From Thermoleophilaceae bacterium (GTDB lineage: Bacteria; Actinomycetota; Thermoleophilia; Solirubrobacterales; Thermoleophilaceae): a stretch of 46,776 bases of DNA. Below are positions 45,016-46,776 of this stretch, in pieces (the stretch's first letter is position 1; every line of letters begins with the position of its first letter). The notes beneath the pieces were generated by a model. The model did no database searches. It was not told the DNA's origin and saw only the letters and a program-made list of their open reading frames with translations. The position numbers and the translations under genes were made by a program. Location of the stretch: assembly GCA_040509835.1 (NCBI GenBank), contig JBEVKE010000133.1, positions 1 through 46,776 on the forward strand, given 5' to 3'.

Positions 45016-46190
45016 CGGGAAGCGCCCCGCTGGCCGGCGTCCGGGTCGCCGATCTGTCGCGCGTCCTCGCCGGCCCCTACTGCACGATGGTCCTTGCCGA
45101 CCTCGGCGCCGACGTCGTGAAGGTCGAACGGCCCGAGGGCGGGGACGAGACGCGCTCCTGGGGCCCGCCGTTCGCGGGCGGCGAGGCCGCCTACTACCTG
45201 TCGGTCAACCGGAACAAGCGCAGCTGCGCGCTCGACCTCTCCCAGGAGGAGGGCCGCGCGCTCGCCCTCGAGCTGTGCGCGCGCGCCGACATCGTCGTCG
45301 AGAACTTCAAGGTCGGGGGCGCCGATCGGCTCGGCGTGGGCTACGAGCACGTGCGCGACCGGAACCCGCGTGTCGTCTACTGCTCGATCACCGGGTTCGG
45401 CTCCGAGCGCACGCCGCCCGGCAGGCCCGGTTACGACTTCGTCGCGCAGGCCGAGACCGGGCTCATGTCGATCACGGGGCCCGAGGAGGGGCCGCCGTAC
45501 AAGGTGGGTGTGGCGCTCGTGGACGTGCTCACGGGCCTCCACGCAGCGGCCGCGGTGCTCGGGGCGCTCCATGGGGGAGAGGGCGCTCGGATCGAGGTGC
45601 CGCTGCTCGACAGCGGCCTCGCGGGGCTCGTGAATGTGGCCCAGAATGCGCTGGTCACGGGTACGGAGCCGGAGCGGCATGGAAACGCGCACCCGAACAT
45701 CGTGCCTTACCAGGACTTCGAGACCTCTTCCGGCCGGATCGCGGTGGCCGCGGCGAACGACGGCCTGTTCCGGGCGCTGTGCTCCGTGCTCGGCATTCCC
45801 GAGCTTCCGGAGGACGACCGATTCAGGACCAACGCGTCGCGGGTCGAGCATCGAGAGGAGCTCGTCCCGGTGCTCCAGGGGCGCTTCCGGGGACGGTCGG
45901 CCGAGGACTGGCTCAGCGAGCTCGACGCTGCCGGCGTGCCCGCCGGCAAGGTGCGCTCGGTGCCGGATGCGCTCGCCGCAGCCGCCGCGGCCGGCCGGCC
46001 CGCGACCCACACCGTGGACCACCCGACTGCCGGCGCACTCGACCTGGTGGCGTCGCCGATCTGGGGCGTCACCCGCCGCGATCCCACGCCGCCGCCGCTG
46101 CTTGGCGAGCACACCGCGGAGGTGCTGCGGGAGCTCGGACGCTCCGATCAGGAGATAGCGGAGCTCGCGGAACGCGGCGTCGCGCGCTAG
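45003..46190 (+). CDS. Family III CoA-transferase (CaiB/BaiF/Frc family)
   Basis: 395 aa. LAGVRVADLSRVLAGPYCTMVLADLGADVVKVERPEGGDETR and VENFKVGG are typical of the family. Confidence 0.9.
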   Translation: MERSSGSAPLAGVRVADLSRVLAGPYCTMVLADLGADVVKVERPEGGDETRSWGPPFAGGEAAYYLSVNRNKRSCALDLSQEEGRALALELCARADIVVENFKVGGADRLGVGYEHVRDRNPRVVYCSITGFGSERTPPGRPGYDFVAQAETGLMSITGPEEGPPYKVGVALVDVLTGLHAAAAVLGALHGGEGARIEVPLLDSGLAGLVNVAQNALVTGTEPERHGNAHPNIVPYQDFETSSGRIAVAAANDGLFRALCSVLGIPELPEDDRFRTNASRVEHREELVPVLQGRFRGRSAEDWLSELDAAGVPAGKVRSVPDALAAAAAAGRPATHTVDHPTAGALDLVASPIWGVTRRDPTPPPLLGEHTAEVLRELGRSDQEIAELAERGVAR

Positions 46191-46776
46191 TGCGCCTCGC
46201 CGTGGCTCGACGCCGGCGGGCGCGACTCCTCGGCGAGTGAGGTGATCGTGAGCTCGCCGCGGGCGGCGTCCGACATCACGTCGGTGGCCTCGTCGGAAGA
46301 GCGCGCGTACAGCTCCACGAGCATGTGGATGACGATCCGGTCCTCCTCGTGCTTGTGGAAGCGCACGTGCGTGAAGAACTCGCGCGTGCCGTAGTCGCCG
46401 AAGGCCGCGAACGCGAGCGACTCCGCCGCGTCCGGCCCGGAGCAGGACTCAACCTGATCGGCGTCCACGCTCACCGTGCACGACGCCACCCACGGAGTGC
46501 CGGTCACCATCCGCTCCCAGCGGTCCTCGACCGGCTCGATCCGGGACACCCGCCGCCCGTCCTCGTCGTAGAACGTCAGCGACAGGTGCGGCTGGTCGTG
46601 CAGGCAGTCCAGGCACTGCACCACGGCCTCCTGGACCTCCTCCACCGGGTCCACCGCCTCGCCTGTGTCGGCGTCGACCTTCAAGATGCCCTCGTAATGA
46701 AGCTGCACCTCGAGGTTCTGCGACCAGCAGCGGTAGCACCGCAGCCAGCTCGACTGCGTGCCCAGCGACTCCTGTG
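46187..46776 (-). CDS. Hypothetical acidic protein with CxxC pairs; the 5' end may lie beyond the window
   Basis: The track ORF 46187..46708 starts at a GTG. The frame stays open to the window edge (own translation: ...QESLGTQSSWLRCYRCWSQNLEVQLHYEG...). CYRC and CLDC motifs are about 45 aa apart. No family recognised. Confidence 0.45.
   Translation of the reverse strand, partial: QESLGTQSSWLRCYRCWSQNLEVQLHYEGILKVDADTGEAVDPVEEVQEAVVQCLDCLHDQPHLSLTFYDEDGRRVSRIEPVEDRWERMVTGTPWVASCTVSVDADQVESCSGPDAAESLAFAAFGDYGTREFFTHVRFHKHEEDRIVIHMLVELYARSSDEATDVMSDAARGELTITSLAEESRPPASSHGEAH

Noticed and set aside
1-46776. Searched for CRISPR arrays, tRNA/rRNA genes, IS elements/transposases/integrases, prophage genes, toxin-antitoxin pairs and known defence-system hallmarks.
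   Set aside because: No spaced direct-repeat arrays, no tRNA-like T-arm/acceptor patterns, no DDE/tyrosine-recombinase motifs and no terminal inverted repeats were found. Composition is uniform apart from short AT-richer intergenic islands at about 3365..3560, 14470..14640 and 20579..20781.

Overview
About 70% GC, densely coding chromosomal window that looks like a Gram-positive actinobacterium (sortase/LPXTG, ydaO-class riboswitches). I see no rRNA, tRNA, CRISPR, transposase, integrase or recognisable defence genes. Many neighbouring genes overlap by 4 bp (ATGA/GTGA), so several long operons are likely. Layout: (i) 1-6.2 kb holds CoA-ester genes: an acyl-CoA synthetase fragment, a TetR with a perfect 14-bp palindrome in its divergent promoter, a large polytopic membrane protein, an acyl-CoA dehydrogenase and an SCP2-like protein. 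It also holds a c-di-AMP (ydaO-class) riboswitch in front of an NlpC/P60 peptidase. (ii) 6.2-16.3 kb starts with a Chloroflexus-type malyl-CoA lyase and a divergent MaoC hydratase. A second c-di-AMP riboswitch plus a CAP-domain gene follows. Then comes a minus-strand coupled string: SucC-like, SucD-like, 83-aa ferredoxin-like, GT8, a 1316-aa secreted PQQ-dehydrogenase/PKD/2x discoidin/LamG fusion, and a PaaI thioesterase. (iii) 16.2-38.7 kb is a Wzx/Wzy-type polysaccharide locus. It encodes a CelD-like GNAT, six GT4/GT1 enzymes, two Wzy_C proteins (one with TPR), a priming phosphotransferase, a Wzz/BY-kinase, Wzx, a CE4 deacetylase, a 51-aa membrane microprotein, an APH-like kinase and a sortase. 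(iv) 38.8-46.8 kb holds pckG, an aldehyde dehydrogenase, a FUSC-like protein, a ThDP enzyme and a family III CoA-transferase. Best leads: a 97-aa LPFTG 'stub' protein next to the Wzy_C/TPR protein in a locus that carries its own sortase and no LCP gene; two paralogous secreted proteins of no family I recognise, bracketing a divergent GT4 pair; and the riboswitch embedded at the head of the mixed metabolic/secreted operon. All functional calls come from reading motifs by eye; no searches were run.
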